From Promethearchaeota archaeon (GTDB lineage Archaea; Asgardarchaeota; Lokiarchaeia; Sigyniarchaeales; SOKP01): a DNA stretch of 64,000 nt. The notes under the pieces are model-generated. The model was not told the DNA's origin. It made no database searches and worked only from the letters and a program-made list of their open reading frames with translations. Of the stretch, positions 1 to 9,638 are shown piece by piece. The translations under genes were made by a program, and so were the position numbers. Location of the stretch: NCBI GenBank assembly GCA_048938895.1, contig JBHLLU010000001.1:64001-128000 (forward strand). The letters run 5' to 3'. The number at the start of each line of letters is the position of its first letter. Within the stretch, counting starts at the first letter, position 1.

Positions 1-1
1 C

Positions 2-1378
2 TGTGATAAACTAAATGAAGAATTATTAGACCTTATGAAAATGGCAGGTTTCAAATCAATCGGTTTTTCTTTAGAGAGTGCTGTACCGAGAGTATTGAGA
101 GCTATTGGTAAGGTTAGACCTGTGGATGTTGGCGATCCGCTGGATTTTGATAAAGAAGTTGAATACATTGAGAAATTAAAGCACATGACAAAGTATGCAA
201 AAGAGATTGGGATGTTTCCTGTCTTTTTAAGTATTATGATTGGACTGCCTGGTGAATCCCTAAAAGATGCACAAAAAACCTTAGAAATGATAAAACAATT
301 AGAAATTGACTATTATACTCACAATCTACTACATATTTTTAAAGGTACACCTTTATTTCAAGATCATGGCAAATATGGTTACAAAATTACCCCTATGGGT
401 AAAAATAATCAAGTATTCACGATAAACAATTATCCATTTGATATAACAAAAATACATTTAGCTGACAACTCTACTAAAGAAAGGAATAGTAAGGTTATGG
501 ATTATGATGTTTTTAATATTATATCTTTAAGATATATTCAAAAAGATTCAGAATCTCTTTTTTTCAAAAACATTATTATTGATAAAGATATAATTGAGCC
601 CTCGTTAGTAAAATGGATGCAGGATATACTTGCAATTAATGGTATAATTATACATTTATATTCAAGCAAAAAGAATTATTTAAAATTCCATGAAAAAAAC
701 GAAATGACCCTCTATAACGAATATTCTCCAACTAAAACATACGAATGTTACTATTGGGAAAATTTAGATAGGAGTCAACGATTAAAATCTGGCAGATTGC
801 TTACTTATGGCGAGAAGGTAGGATTAAATATTGAAGTTAAAAGCACTGGTCTCGCTTTGGAAGAATATAATAAAGGATATAACACTGATTGTTTTATTGG
901 GGCAAGCAGAACGAAAAATGATTCAGATTCTCTATATAAACTATTCCAAGAAATATCGAATGCGGAAAATAGTTTCAATTATTTATTAGACAATAACGCT
1001 CTCCCTCATTTCCAGAATCTATGTAGATGGATCAAAAATCAGGCAAATTGTGAGAAACTAGAAACAGTTATAGTTGATAAAAATAATTCCATTCGATTTT
1101 GTTGGCATTCAAGTCCAGTAGGAAAAGTTGGAATGCGCTTTTCTGAAATTAAAAGAAAGATAAATGACTTAAAAAAACAAGTAATAAAAATTAGAGGCTG
1201 TTATCAATGTAGTCAAGAACAATCTTGTCAATTATGTTTATCCCCTTTTCCTTTATCATCAAAAGAATATTGTGAGTACAAAATTTCTCAAGATACTAAT
1301 ACACCTGCCAATTTAATAAATGTATTTTATGTGATAAAAGATTTATTTTACAAACCAATTAATCCATATGATTTCTGA
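2..1378 (+). CDS. Radical SAM protein (B12-dependent class B-like C-terminal half) with C-terminal SPASM-like Cys cluster; 5'-truncated
   Basis: Frame is open from position 2 (CDKLNEELLDLMKMAGFKSIGFSLESA), then SIMIGLPGES and FKGTPLF, typical of the B12-rSAM barrel. C-terminus has C-x8-C...FCW...CYQC-x5-CQLC...C. The CxxxCxxC motif lies outside the window. Confidence 0.7.
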   Translation, partial: CDKLNEELLDLMKMAGFKSIGFSLESAVPRVLRAIGKVRPVDVGDPLDFDKEVEYIEKLKHMTKYAKEIGMFPVFLSIMIGLPGESLKDAQKTLEMIKQLEIDYYTHNLLHIFKGTPLFQDHGKYGYKITPMGKNNQVFTINNYPFDITKIHLADNSTKERNSKVMDYDVFNIISLRYIQKDSESLFFKNIIIDKDIIEPSLVKWMQDILAINGIIIHLYSSKKNYLKFHEKNEMTLYNEYSPTKTYECYYWENLDRSQRLKSGRLLTYGEKVGLNIEVKSTGLALEEYNKGYNTDCFIGASRTKNDSDSLYKLFQEISNAENSFNYLLDNNALPHFQNLCRWIKNQANCEKLETVIVDKNNSIRFCWHSSPVGKVGMRFSEIKRKINDLKKQVIKIRGCYQCSQEQSCQLCLSPFPLSSKEYCEYKISQDTNTPANLINVFYVIKDLFYKPINPYDF

Positions 1379-1481
1379 TTATTGAATTAAACTTTTAAGT
1401 TAGTCTTTCTTCTTTTGTTTCATAAACCTTTAAAAAACACCAAGATTGCTCTGACGTAATTTTTTCTTAAGTAAATAAAAA

Positions 1482-3527
1482 ATGGAATCCATTATTAAAC
1501 CAGAGGAATATCTTCAAGCTGAAGAATTGATTTACCAGGCAAAATTTGATGATGCACTTGAATTGATCTCAAATTTCAAAAGAAGCACAAAAAAAGATTC
1601 TATGGAGTGGCTCTGGGGCTTAATATTAGAGGGAAGAATAAACTGCTATAAAGGTCAATATAAAAGAGCTATAGAAATTGGGAATATTGCTTATCTTCTT
1701 AGCCGAAAATTGGACCTTGTCCTTGAATCAGTGGAAGCTCTTCTAATCAGGGCTCATATAATATATTTAGCTAAAAGAGAAGAAGCTTTTGAAATTATCA
1801 CTTTAGCTGAAAAAATTTTCAATTCGCTTCTTAATGATTCTACGTCTAATTATCCTCGACAAAAAGCAGAAATTCTATTATTAAAATCTGAAATCTATCG
1901 TTCGAGGGGTGAACTTAATGAAGCATTTGAACTAGCTCGAGAATGTTTACTAATACAACAAAATCTAAAAAATAAAATTGATATTTCAAACGTTTATTAT
2001 CACTTAGCAAACCTATATCTTTACAATAGTGATTCTAATTCAGGTTTAGAATACGCATTGAAAAGTTTAACAATTCAAGAAGAACTTGGTTATCAGTCAG
2101 GAATTGCAGGTAGTTTGTACTTAGTAGGTACAAGTTATTTTGTTAGAGGTAACTTTGATCAAGCTTTGAAATTAGGGCGACAAAGTCTAAAGAGCAAAGA
2201 AATTAGCACTCTTACAAAACTCGAAGTATTAGATCTATTAGCAATGGTCTTTTTAGTCACTGGTCAATTAGATAGGGCATTAAAATATCGTAAAAGAGCA
2301 GCTATTATAGCTCAGAAAGAAAACTACGAGGAACAGTATATAATAAGTACTTATGGAATTGCAACAAATTTAAGAGCTAAAGGTGAATTTGATCTGGCTG
2401 TAGATTATCTTAAGAAAAGTTTGAAATTATCTGAAAATACAAATTCTACATTTGGGATAATGGCTTCACTTTTTCATCTAATTCTTACGACTCTTGATAA
2501 CAATAATCCTGAACAAGCTAAATTTTACTTGAGTCAGTTAGAAAAATATTGTGATCAAACAGAGAGTGATGTATTTAAAAATGTATATTTAATTTCAAAA
2601 GCATTAGTGTTAAAAAATAGTGGAAGAATTCGAAATCTTTCAGAAGCAGAAATAATACTGAGGGGGTTTACTGAAAAAGAAATTGAAACACCTCTTATAT
2701 ATCGATTAGCAATGGTCAATTTATGTGAACTTTTCTTAGAAGAACTAAAATTTACAAATAATGTTGAAGTTTTAGAGGATATTATTCCCTTAATTAACAA
2801 AATTTATAAGATTGCAGAGAAACAAAGTGCATATGCTTGGCTGGTGGAAATTAAAATATTGCAGGCAAAAATTTCCTTAATTCAAATGGATTTTGATGCC
2901 GCAGAACAATTATTAACTCAAGCTCAACGAATCGCAGAATTACAAGGTCTCACACTGTTAGCACTAAAAATATCTAGTGAACATGATAATTTACTGAACC
3001 AATTGAGTGAATGGAATAATCTTAAAAAAATAGACGCTCCTATGTCAGAGCGAATAGAGTTAGCTTCTTTTGATGGGGTTGTAGAACGATTACAAGGAAA
3101 AAGCACAATTGATCCTCCTTTAATAACTCCTGAAACTCCTGTATTGCTCCTTATTATTGGTCAGGGTGGATTCCCCTTATTTTCCAATCAATTTGAAGAG
3201 GGACATCAATTTGAAGAAGATCTTCTTAGTGGTTTTTTAGATGCAATTAATTCATTTAGTGGAGAACTTCTTTCTAAACAATTGGATCGTGTTAAATTTG
3301 AAGATTATATGATACTTATGCAAACCGTGGAGAACTTTTCTGTAGGGTATTTATTCAAAGGACAAACTTACATTGCTAAACAAAAATTAACTCAATTTAC
3401 AGAAAGTATTAAGAAAGATTCCACAATATGGCATACCTTAAATGTTTATTTCAACACAAGTCGGGTAGTAAAATTAGAGGATTTACCTTCTCTTCAAGCT
3501 TTAATCTTTAATATTTTTATTAAGTGA
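1482..3527 (+). CDS. TPR-repeat (MalT-like) protein with C-terminal longin-like domain
   Basis: Repeated TPR helices (G-x-F-D-x-A-L-x-Y). C-terminal ~130 aa (VLLLIIGQGGFPLFSNQF...LLSGFLDAINSFSGE...VKFEDYMILM) has a longin/profilin-like pattern common in Lokiarchaeia. Confidence 0.75.
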   Translation: MESIIKPEEYLQAEELIYQAKFDDALELISNFKRSTKKDSMEWLWGLILEGRINCYKGQYKRAIEIGNIAYLLSRKLDLVLESVEALLIRAHIIYLAKREEAFEIITLAEKIFNSLLNDSTSNYPRQKAEILLLKSEIYRSRGELNEAFELARECLLIQQNLKNKIDISNVYYHLANLYLYNSDSNSGLEYALKSLTIQEELGYQSGIAGSLYLVGTSYFVRGNFDQALKLGRQSLKSKEISTLTKLEVLDLLAMVFLVTGQLDRALKYRKRAAIIAQKENYEEQYIISTYGIATNLRAKGEFDLAVDYLKKSLKLSENTNSTFGIMASLFHLILTTLDNNNPEQAKFYLSQLEKYCDQTESDVFKNVYLISKALVLKNSGRIRNLSEAEIILRGFTEKEIETPLIYRLAMVNLCELFLEELKFTNNVEVLEDIIPLINKIYKIAEKQSAYAWLVEIKILQAKISLIQMDFDAAEQLLTQAQRIAELQGLTLLALKISSEHDNLLNQLSEWNNLKKIDAPMSERIELASFDGVVERLQGKSTIDPPLITPETPVLLLIIGQGGFPLFSNQFEEGHQFEEDLLSGFLDAINSFSGELLSKQLDRVKFEDYMILMQTVENFSVGYLFKGQTYIAKQKLTQFTESIKKDSTIWHTLNVYFNTSRVVKLEDLPSLQALIFNIFIK

Positions 3528-3551
3528 AATTGCTTTAGTTCAGGAAAAATT

Positions 3552-4106
3552 TTAGTTCTCCTTTAAAAATTCATAACCTGCATTTAAAGCTTTTAAGTTT
3601 ATTTCTATAAATCGAAGTGGAATAGATTCGGAGATAGATTTTTTAATTGCATTTAATGAAACAAGCTTAGTTTTTTTAATTAAAGCACCCAGCATTATAA
3701 TATTCACCAATTTTAGGTTTTTAAATTCTTGAGCAATACTATTAGCAGGTATTGGAAAGGTCATATCTGTAATATTTTCTAATTTTATCAGATCAGAATT
3801 TATAAATCTTAAACCCGAAGATTTCACCTGATTTGAGTAAAAATTATATGCATCATCACTATAAGCTACTAATATATCAACTTCAGATTCGGTAGGATAA
3901 GACGTTAACTCCCCTTCTGCAATAATTATATCACTTTTTACACGAGTACCTCTTTGCTCAGGACCATATGACTGAGTCTGTATGGCGTTTTTATTATCAT
4001 AAAGAGCTGCTTTACCTAAAATTATACATGATAAAATAACACCCATTCCACCGATTCCACAGAATCGAATGTTAACTTCCCCTTGCTCTTTTCTCCCAGA
4101 ATTCAT
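3552..4106 (-). CDS. korC: 2-oxoacid:ferredoxin oxidoreductase gamma subunit (2-oxoglutarate type)
   Basis: IRFCGIGGMGV, TQSYGPEQRG and NIIMLGAL motifs; last gene of a D-A-B-C operon. Confidence 0.9.
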   Translation of the reverse strand: MNSGRKEQGEVNIRFCGIGGMGVILSCIILGKAALYDNKNAIQTQSYGPEQRGTRVKSDIIIAEGELTSYPTESEVDILVAYSDDAYNFYSNQVKSSGLRFINSDLIKLENITDMTFPIPANSIAQEFKNLKLVNIIMLGALIKKTKLVSLNAIKKSISESIPLRFIEINLKALNAGYEFLKEN

Positions 4107-4953
4107 TTTTACTTGTTTCTTTTAATTTTTTGTATAATTCGTTAAAGGAGGGTTTATCAATATCAACTATTTCCCCAACGATTATTTTTCCTTCATAAGT
4201 ACCTGTGAAAGATTCTTGGTAGTCTTTCAATACACGAGCAGATGTTTCATCTTGTACTTTTTTTGAATATTTTATAGTTTCATCTAAAAAATACCTCAAC
4301 TGTTCTCTTGGATTTTTAAATTGTTTCTTATTTACAGGACAAGCAGAAATAATTTCAATGAATGAAAACCCTTTTTTTTGTAAGGCTTTTTTTATAGATC
4401 TAATCACTTGGAAAGAGTGCGCTGTAGTCCAACGTGCTACATAGACAGCCCCTGCTGCTTTGGCTAAAAACGAGAGATTGAATGCAAATTCAAAATTTTT
4501 ATATCGTGAAGTGCTACTTATTTCTCCTACAGGCGTGGTTGGTGATAATTGTCCTCCAGTCATACCATATGTTTCATTATTAATGCATATTACCAAGATA
4601 TCAAGGTTCCTTCGCACGGCTTGGAGAAAATGGTTTAAACCAATAGCCGCTAGATCTCCATCCCCGCTAAAAACGATTACCTTTAAATCAGGATTGGTGA
4701 CCTTTATACCTGTAGCAAATGCTATAGCACGTCCATGAGTAGTGTGGATTCCATCAGTATCAATATATGCAGGTAATCTGGATGAGCACCCAATTCCAGA
4801 GACAAAGACCAAGTCATTTTTGGAAATGTTTAAGTCATCAATCGCACGAATAGTATAGTTTAAAATTTGACCATTCCCACAACCAGGACAGAACATTGTA
4901 GGCATTAAATCTTTCCTTAAGTATTCATTTAATAATTCAGTCGATGATCTCAT
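4072..4953 (-). CDS. korB: 2-oxoacid:ferredoxin oxidoreductase beta subunit
   Basis: FCPGCGNG, SGIGCSSR, HTTHGRA and GDGD...NNETYGMTGGQ in canonical order. Probable start MRSSTELL at 4953 (ORF track start 5016). Confidence 0.92.
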   Translation of the reverse strand: MRSSTELLNEYLRKDLMPTMFCPGCGNGQILNYTIRAIDDLNISKNDLVFVSGIGCSSRLPAYIDTDGIHTTHGRAIAFATGIKVTNPDLKVIVFSGDGDLAAIGLNHFLQAVRRNLDILVICINNETYGMTGGQLSPTTPVGEISSTSRYKNFEFAFNLSFLAKAAGAVYVARWTTAHSFQVIRSIKKALQKKGFSFIEIISACPVNKKQFKNPREQLRYFLDETIKYSKKVQDETSARVLKDYQESFTGTYEGKIIVGEIVDIDKPSFNELYKKLKETSKNEFWEKRARGS

Positions 4954-6133
4954 TACTTTTTTCACCCTCTTTAATTTTTTTAAAAATATCTTCAGGAGAG
5001 GGAATAGCTCCTCCAATTCGACTTATTCTGTCGACATCACAATCCCCAATAGCATGTTCTTTTATTTTATGATATATCTGTCCGAGATTCATCTCTACCA
5101 CAATGAACTTTTTAATTCTTTGAGCCATTTCAGAGACAATATCATGGGGGAAAGGCCATATCGTAATTAATCTTAAATATCCAACTTTTAATCCTTCCTT
5201 ACGTGCTCTTTCAACTGCCATAAGTGTAGTTCTCGAAGATATACCATAGGATACAATAATAATTTCAGCATCTTCAATGTATTTTTCTTCATAAGTAATA
5301 ATATCTTTTCTGTTATCAGCAATTTTTTCATAAAATCTTCTCACGAGTTGTATATGAGTTTTTTCGTCATCTGTGGAGGGATAAGCTTTCCAATCATGAG
5401 TCAATCCTGTTAAATACGTATGATATCCGTTTCCAAATTTATCCATCTCTGGTACTTTTGTAGGATGAGAATAGCCTGTCCTAAAAGGATGATATTTTTC
5501 TTTTTCAATTGTTACTGGTACTCTTTTGACAATATCAACTTCTTTTTGAAAAGGAATAACTAATTTTTCTCTTGTATGAGCTATAGCTGCGTCGGATAAT
5601 ATTATTACTGGAACTCTATATTTATCAGCTAAATTAAAAGCTCTAATGGTCATCCATAAGTTTTCTTGTACACTATTCGGATAGACAGCAATTACATAAT
5701 GATCTCCATGAGTCCCCCAACGTGCTTGCATTATATCTCCTTGTGCTGCTTTTGTGGGTTGACCCGTAGAGGGTCCTGATCTTTGAACATTGACAATTAC
5801 GCAAGGAGTTTCTGTCATACATGCATATCCAATGTTTTCTTGCATGAGAGAAAAGCCAGGACCAGATGTAGCAGTCATTGTTCTATAATTATTCCAGCTT
5901 GCCCCTATTATCGCTGCCAATGAGCTAATTTCATCTTCCATCTGTAAAGAGTATCCATCCTCTAGGATTGGTAAATACTTCATCATCAATTCCAATATCT
6001 CAGTTGCAGGAGTAATTGGATATCCTGCAAAAAATCGACAATTTGCTAACAAAGCCCCATATACTATAGCTTCATTGCCCGTGGCAAATTGTAATTTGGG
6101 TGTTATTAATTCGTTAACTGTTGGACTTTTCAT
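4937..6133 (-). CDS. korA: 2-oxoacid:ferredoxin oxidoreductase alpha subunit
   Basis: GNEA, AGYPITPATE, QMEDEI, TATSGPGFSLMQE and QRSGPSTG motifs. Probable start 6133 (ORF track start 6154). Confidence 0.93.
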   Translation of the reverse strand: MKSPTVNELITPKLQFATGNEAIVYGALLANCRFFAGYPITPATEILELMMKYLPILEDGYSLQMEDEISSLAAIIGASWNNYRTMTATSGPGFSLMQENIGYACMTETPCVIVNVQRSGPSTGQPTKAAQGDIMQARWGTHGDHYVIAVYPNSVQENLWMTIRAFNLADKYRVPVIILSDAAIAHTREKLVIPFQKEVDIVKRVPVTIEKEKYHPFRTGYSHPTKVPEMDKFGNGYHTYLTGLTHDWKAYPSTDDEKTHIQLVRRFYEKIADNRKDIITYEEKYIEDAEIIIVSYGISSRTTLMAVERARKEGLKVGYLRLITIWPFPHDIVSEMAQRIKKFIVVEMNLGQIYHKIKEHAIGDCDVDRISRIGGAIPSPEDIFKKIKEGEKSNEIID

Positions 6134-6137
6134 TTGT

Positions 6138-6344
6138 TCAATCCTCCTCTTCAACAGTTATTGCCATTTCTGGACAAATCAATTCACATTGTTTACATGA
6201 TGTGCAAGATGTTTCATTATCGACTCTAGGTAAGAAATATCCCTTTTTATTCAAGATATCAGATTCAACTAATACTTTTTTTGGGCAAATTTCAATACAA
6301 TATCCACAACCCTTACAATAATCTTCAAGTATTTGTATTGTCAT
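6138..6344 (-). CDS. korD: 2-oxoacid:ferredoxin oxidoreductase delta subunit (2x[4Fe-4S] ferredoxin)
   Basis: CKGCGYCIEICP and CTSCKQCELICP; first gene of the kor operon. Confidence 0.9.
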   Translation of the reverse strand: MTIQILEDYCKGCGYCIEICPKKVLVESDILNKKGYFLPRVDNETSCTSCKQCELICPEMAITVEEED

Positions 6345-6574
6345 TCAATGCCTCTTTTTTAATGCTCCTAATAGTATTATAAAGAATTTATTAAAATATT
6401 AATCTTTATTCGATCTATTTTATAAGAGTTCCTCCTTAGAAATCTTTATTTTAGAAATTTTTACTAAATAAAATCACCTAAGCTTTTAATGGTTCTTTTT
6501 AAAAGCATAATATGAATTTATTTTTGATAAAACATAATAAATTACTTATATAATCTTGAGATGAGAAATGAAAA

Positions 6575-7453
6575 ATGGATGCTATCGAATTAGAAGAAAA
6601 GATAATATCACTCATAAAGTTAGCAGTATTAGAATTGCCTTCCGATGTCGTTAGGAGCCTTGAGACTGCTTTTAAAAAAGAAACAAACGCTACAGCAAAA
6701 AATCAATTAGAAGCAATTCTTGAGAATGTAAAACTTGCTAAATCTCATTCAATACCAATTTGTCAAGATACAGGAATTCAAATCTTTTTTGTTAACGTTG
6801 GAACGAATTTTCCTCTTATTGGGAAATTGTCGTCAATTATAAGGGATTCAGTTAAAAAAGCTACACCTATAATTCCTTTAAGACCTAATACTGTAAATCC
6901 TTTAACAAATGAAAATCCTGGAGATAATAATGGATTAAGTATCCCATGGATAAATTGGAGGATTAATGAGGGAGATAATTTAGAAATTACAGTTTTCCCG
7001 AAAGGGGGTGGTTCTGAAAATATGTCTCAGTTATCGATGCTTACACCCGGACAAGGAATAAAAGGAATGAAACGCTTTGTAGTTGATACTGTTATAGAAG
7101 CTGGAGCAAAACCTTGCCCACCTACTATAATCGGGATTGGGCTAGGTGGTGGAGCAGATATTAGTATGAAGATTGCAAAGGAACAACTTCTTCGCCCATT
7201 AGGTCAACGTCATACAGATCATAAGATCGCAGAAATTGAATTGGAATTACTTGATGCACTAAATCAAACAGGAATTGGACCTATGGGTTTAGGGGGGAAT
7301 ACTACTGTCTTAGATGTTCATATTGGAACAACTATGAGACATCCGGCTTCATTCCCTGTAGGTCTTGTAATTCAGTGCTGGGCAGCGAGACGAGCATCAG
7401 CAACCATTACTAAAGATGGAAATATGATAATTACATCTCACGAGGTGAATTAA
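6575..7453 (+). CDS. fumA: Class I Fe-S fumarate hydratase (tartrate dehydratase family), alpha subunit
   Basis: PICQDTG, KGGGSEN, KPCPP, GIGPMGLGG and IQCWAAR motifs. Confidence 0.9.
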   Translation: MDAIELEEKIISLIKLAVLELPSDVVRSLETAFKKETNATAKNQLEAILENVKLAKSHSIPICQDTGIQIFFVNVGTNFPLIGKLSSIIRDSVKKATPIIPLRPNTVNPLTNENPGDNNGLSIPWINWRINEGDNLEITVFPKGGGSENMSQLSMLTPGQGIKGMKRFVVDTVIEAGAKPCPPTIIGIGLGGGADISMKIAKEQLLRPLGQRHTDHKIAEIELELLDALNQTGIGPMGLGGNTTVLDVHIGTTMRHPASFPVGLVIQCWAARRASATITKDGNMIITSHEVN

Positions 7454-7456
7454 GCT

Positions 7457-8053
7457 ATGGAATATGAATTAACTACACCAATATCTGAAGAAGACATTCG
7501 TAAATTACATGTAAACGATGTTATCTATATTACTGGTACGATATTTACAGCGAGGGATGAAGCACACGAAAGAGCTTTAGAATGGTTTAAAGAAGGAAAA
7601 CAACTACCAATTGATCCACTCGGTTTAGCCGTTTTTCATTGTGGCCCTATTGTTCGTAAAGTCGATGAGGGATGGGAGATGGTTGCCGCTGGTCCAACCA
7701 CGAGTACCAGGATGGAGATGTTTGAAGCTGAGTTTATAGAAGCATTTAAACCTCGCGTAATAATCGGAAAAGGAGGCATGGGTTCTAAAACAGCAGCGGC
7801 TATGGAAAAAATTGGGGCTGTATATGGGGCTCATGTCGGTGGAGCAGCCGTATTAGCTGCAAAGGCTGTGAAAAGGATTATCGATGTATCTTGGTTGGAT
7901 CTCGGTATGCCTGAAGCATTATGGATAATGGAGGTTAATCGGTTTGGGCCGTTAATAGTTGCAATAGACACGTATGGCTCTAATTTATATGAAGAAGTTA
8001 AAAGAAATGTAGGACAAAATCAAATAGAAATCTATAAAAAATTAGGATTTTAA
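7457..8053 (+). CDS. fumB: Class I Fe-S fumarate hydratase, beta subunit
   Basis: TARDEAH, HCGP, GPTTSTRME, IGKGGM and DLGMPEA motifs; 3 bp after the alpha subunit. Confidence 0.9.
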   Translation: MEYELTTPISEEDIRKLHVNDVIYITGTIFTARDEAHERALEWFKEGKQLPIDPLGLAVFHCGPIVRKVDEGWEMVAAGPTTSTRMEMFEAEFIEAFKPRVIIGKGGMGSKTAAAMEKIGAVYGAHVGGAAVLAAKAVKRIIDVSWLDLGMPEALWIMEVNRFGPLIVAIDTYGSNLYEEVKRNVGQNQIEIYKKLGF

Positions 8054-8057
8054 TAAT

Positions 8058-9635
8058 TTACTTTAATTTTTCACCACGATAAGAAGCTGCAAGCAAATCT
8101 ATAACGTTCATAACCTTAATATCCAAATTTTTGCGTTTAATTCCATCTGCGATTTGTATGAAACAAAAAGAGCAAGAAGTTGCGATCACATCTGGATTAG
8201 GTTCAGTGAGTATATCTAATTTAATATTCGAAATCTCTTCTGAAAGCTCACGTCGACCTGCTCGTACACCTCCTCCTGCTCCACAACACCTATCACTCTG
8301 CTCTACATCGATGAATTCAATTCCAGGGATTAATCTTAATAACATGCGTGGTTCTTCACTGATTTCCTGGTGACGATTTAAATGGCAAGGATCATGATAA
8401 GTAACCTTTATATCAAGAGGTTTTAAATCTTGAATATTTAGATTTTCTACTCCGATTTCTCTAATAAGGTATTCATTAATATCAAATGGTTCAAATTGAT
8501 ATGGTTTTTTACCTAGTTCATGTAAAACCACAGGCCAATCTTGCTTTATTGTGGACATGCATCCGGGGCAGAGACCTGCGAGTTTATTCACTCCAAGTTT
8601 TTCAAAGTATTCTGTGTTTTTTAATACCATTTCATAAGCTACATCTCGTGAACCTGTACGAAAAGCTACACTCGTACAACACACAAAATCTTTCGGGATA
8701 TACACTTGAATGCGATTTCGCTTTAAAACTTCTATAATATTATGACCTATATGTTGAAGTCTTAAATTTATTAAGCAACCAGGGAAAAAAATCAGTTTGT
8801 CAATAGGATCATTCACTTCAATAACATCTGGGACTTGTTCAGTAAATGGTTTATCAGCTACTTCAACTGCGTATCCGGTACTTTTAATCTGGTCAATAAA
8901 ATTTTGGTGTCCCTCTAAGGGACCCATACCACGTTCTACAGCTCTCGCTCGTAAACTTTCTACTGCGTTTCGTCGTGAATCAATATGTTTAGGGACACAA
9001 ACCTCTTTACATATACCACAACTGGTACAATCATAGAGTCCACTGGTTACGGCAATTTGAACTCGATCACCCTCATCTCTAGGATCAAATTCAAAACTTG
9101 CTAATTCACGCATTGCAATAGGTCCAGAATATTCTTGCTTAGCTGATTCTACTGCTGGACAGGCGGCATAACATGAAAAACATTCAATACAAGATCTAAG
9201 GTTCATAGAGGTGGAAACATCTTCTCTTGCAAGTCTTTCTGGTCGATTTGGAGTTGAAGTTCGTTCTAAATAGGGACGAAGTTTTGATAAACGTTTAAAT
9301 CCTGGACCAAGGTCTACGACGAGATCTCGTATAACTGGGAAGTTTGTTAAAGGTTCTAAAATATAATTTTTTATTGGATTTACAATTGTTCGACATGCAA
9401 GACCAGGAGTACCATTAATGTTAATCGCACATGAACCACATTGTCCTGTTCTACAATTCCAACGAAATGCTAATGTGGAATCTAAGTTTTTAAATATATA
9501 TTGCAATACATCTAAAACACCAGTACGATCTGAATAAGGAATATCATAATCAACGAAGTAGGACTCATCATCTAAATCGGGATTAAAACGAAGAATTTTA
9601 AATTTTACTATCTTTTTCTCAACCATTCTTATCAC
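8058..9635 (-). CDS. tfrB: Thiol:fumarate reductase-like Fe-S subunit (SdhB/FrdB domain + two CCG domains, HdrD-like)
   Basis: [2Fe-2S] CRTGQCGSC; two [4Fe-4S] motifs CIECFSCYAACP and CTSCGICKEVC; CCG domains FPGC...CCTS...CPGC and HDPCH...CCGAGG...CSFC. Start may be the ATG at 9626. Confidence 0.85.
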   Translation of the reverse strand: MIRMVEKKIVKFKILRFNPDLDDESYFVDYDIPYSDRTGVLDVLQYIFKNLDSTLAFRWNCRTGQCGSCAININGTPGLACRTIVNPIKNYILEPLTNFPVIRDLVVDLGPGFKRLSKLRPYLERTSTPNRPERLAREDVSTSMNLRSCIECFSCYAACPAVESAKQEYSGPIAMRELASFEFDPRDEGDRVQIAVTSGLYDCTSCGICKEVCVPKHIDSRRNAVESLRARAVERGMGPLEGHQNFIDQIKSTGYAVEVADKPFTEQVPDVIEVNDPIDKLIFFPGCLINLRLQHIGHNIIEVLKRNRIQVYIPKDFVCCTSVAFRTGSRDVAYEMVLKNTEYFEKLGVNKLAGLCPGCMSTIKQDWPVVLHELGKKPYQFEPFDINEYLIREIGVENLNIQDLKPLDIKVTYHDPCHLNRHQEISEEPRMLLRLIPGIEFIDVEQSDRCCGAGGGVRAGRRELSEEISNIKLDILTEPNPDVIATSCSFCFIQIADGIKRKNLDIKVMNVIDLLAASYRGEKLK

Positions 9636-9638
9636 TTC

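Noticed and set aside
4954-5016. ORF-track N-terminal extension of korB
   Set aside because: It overlaps the korA C-terminus; the ATG at 4953 fits the family length.
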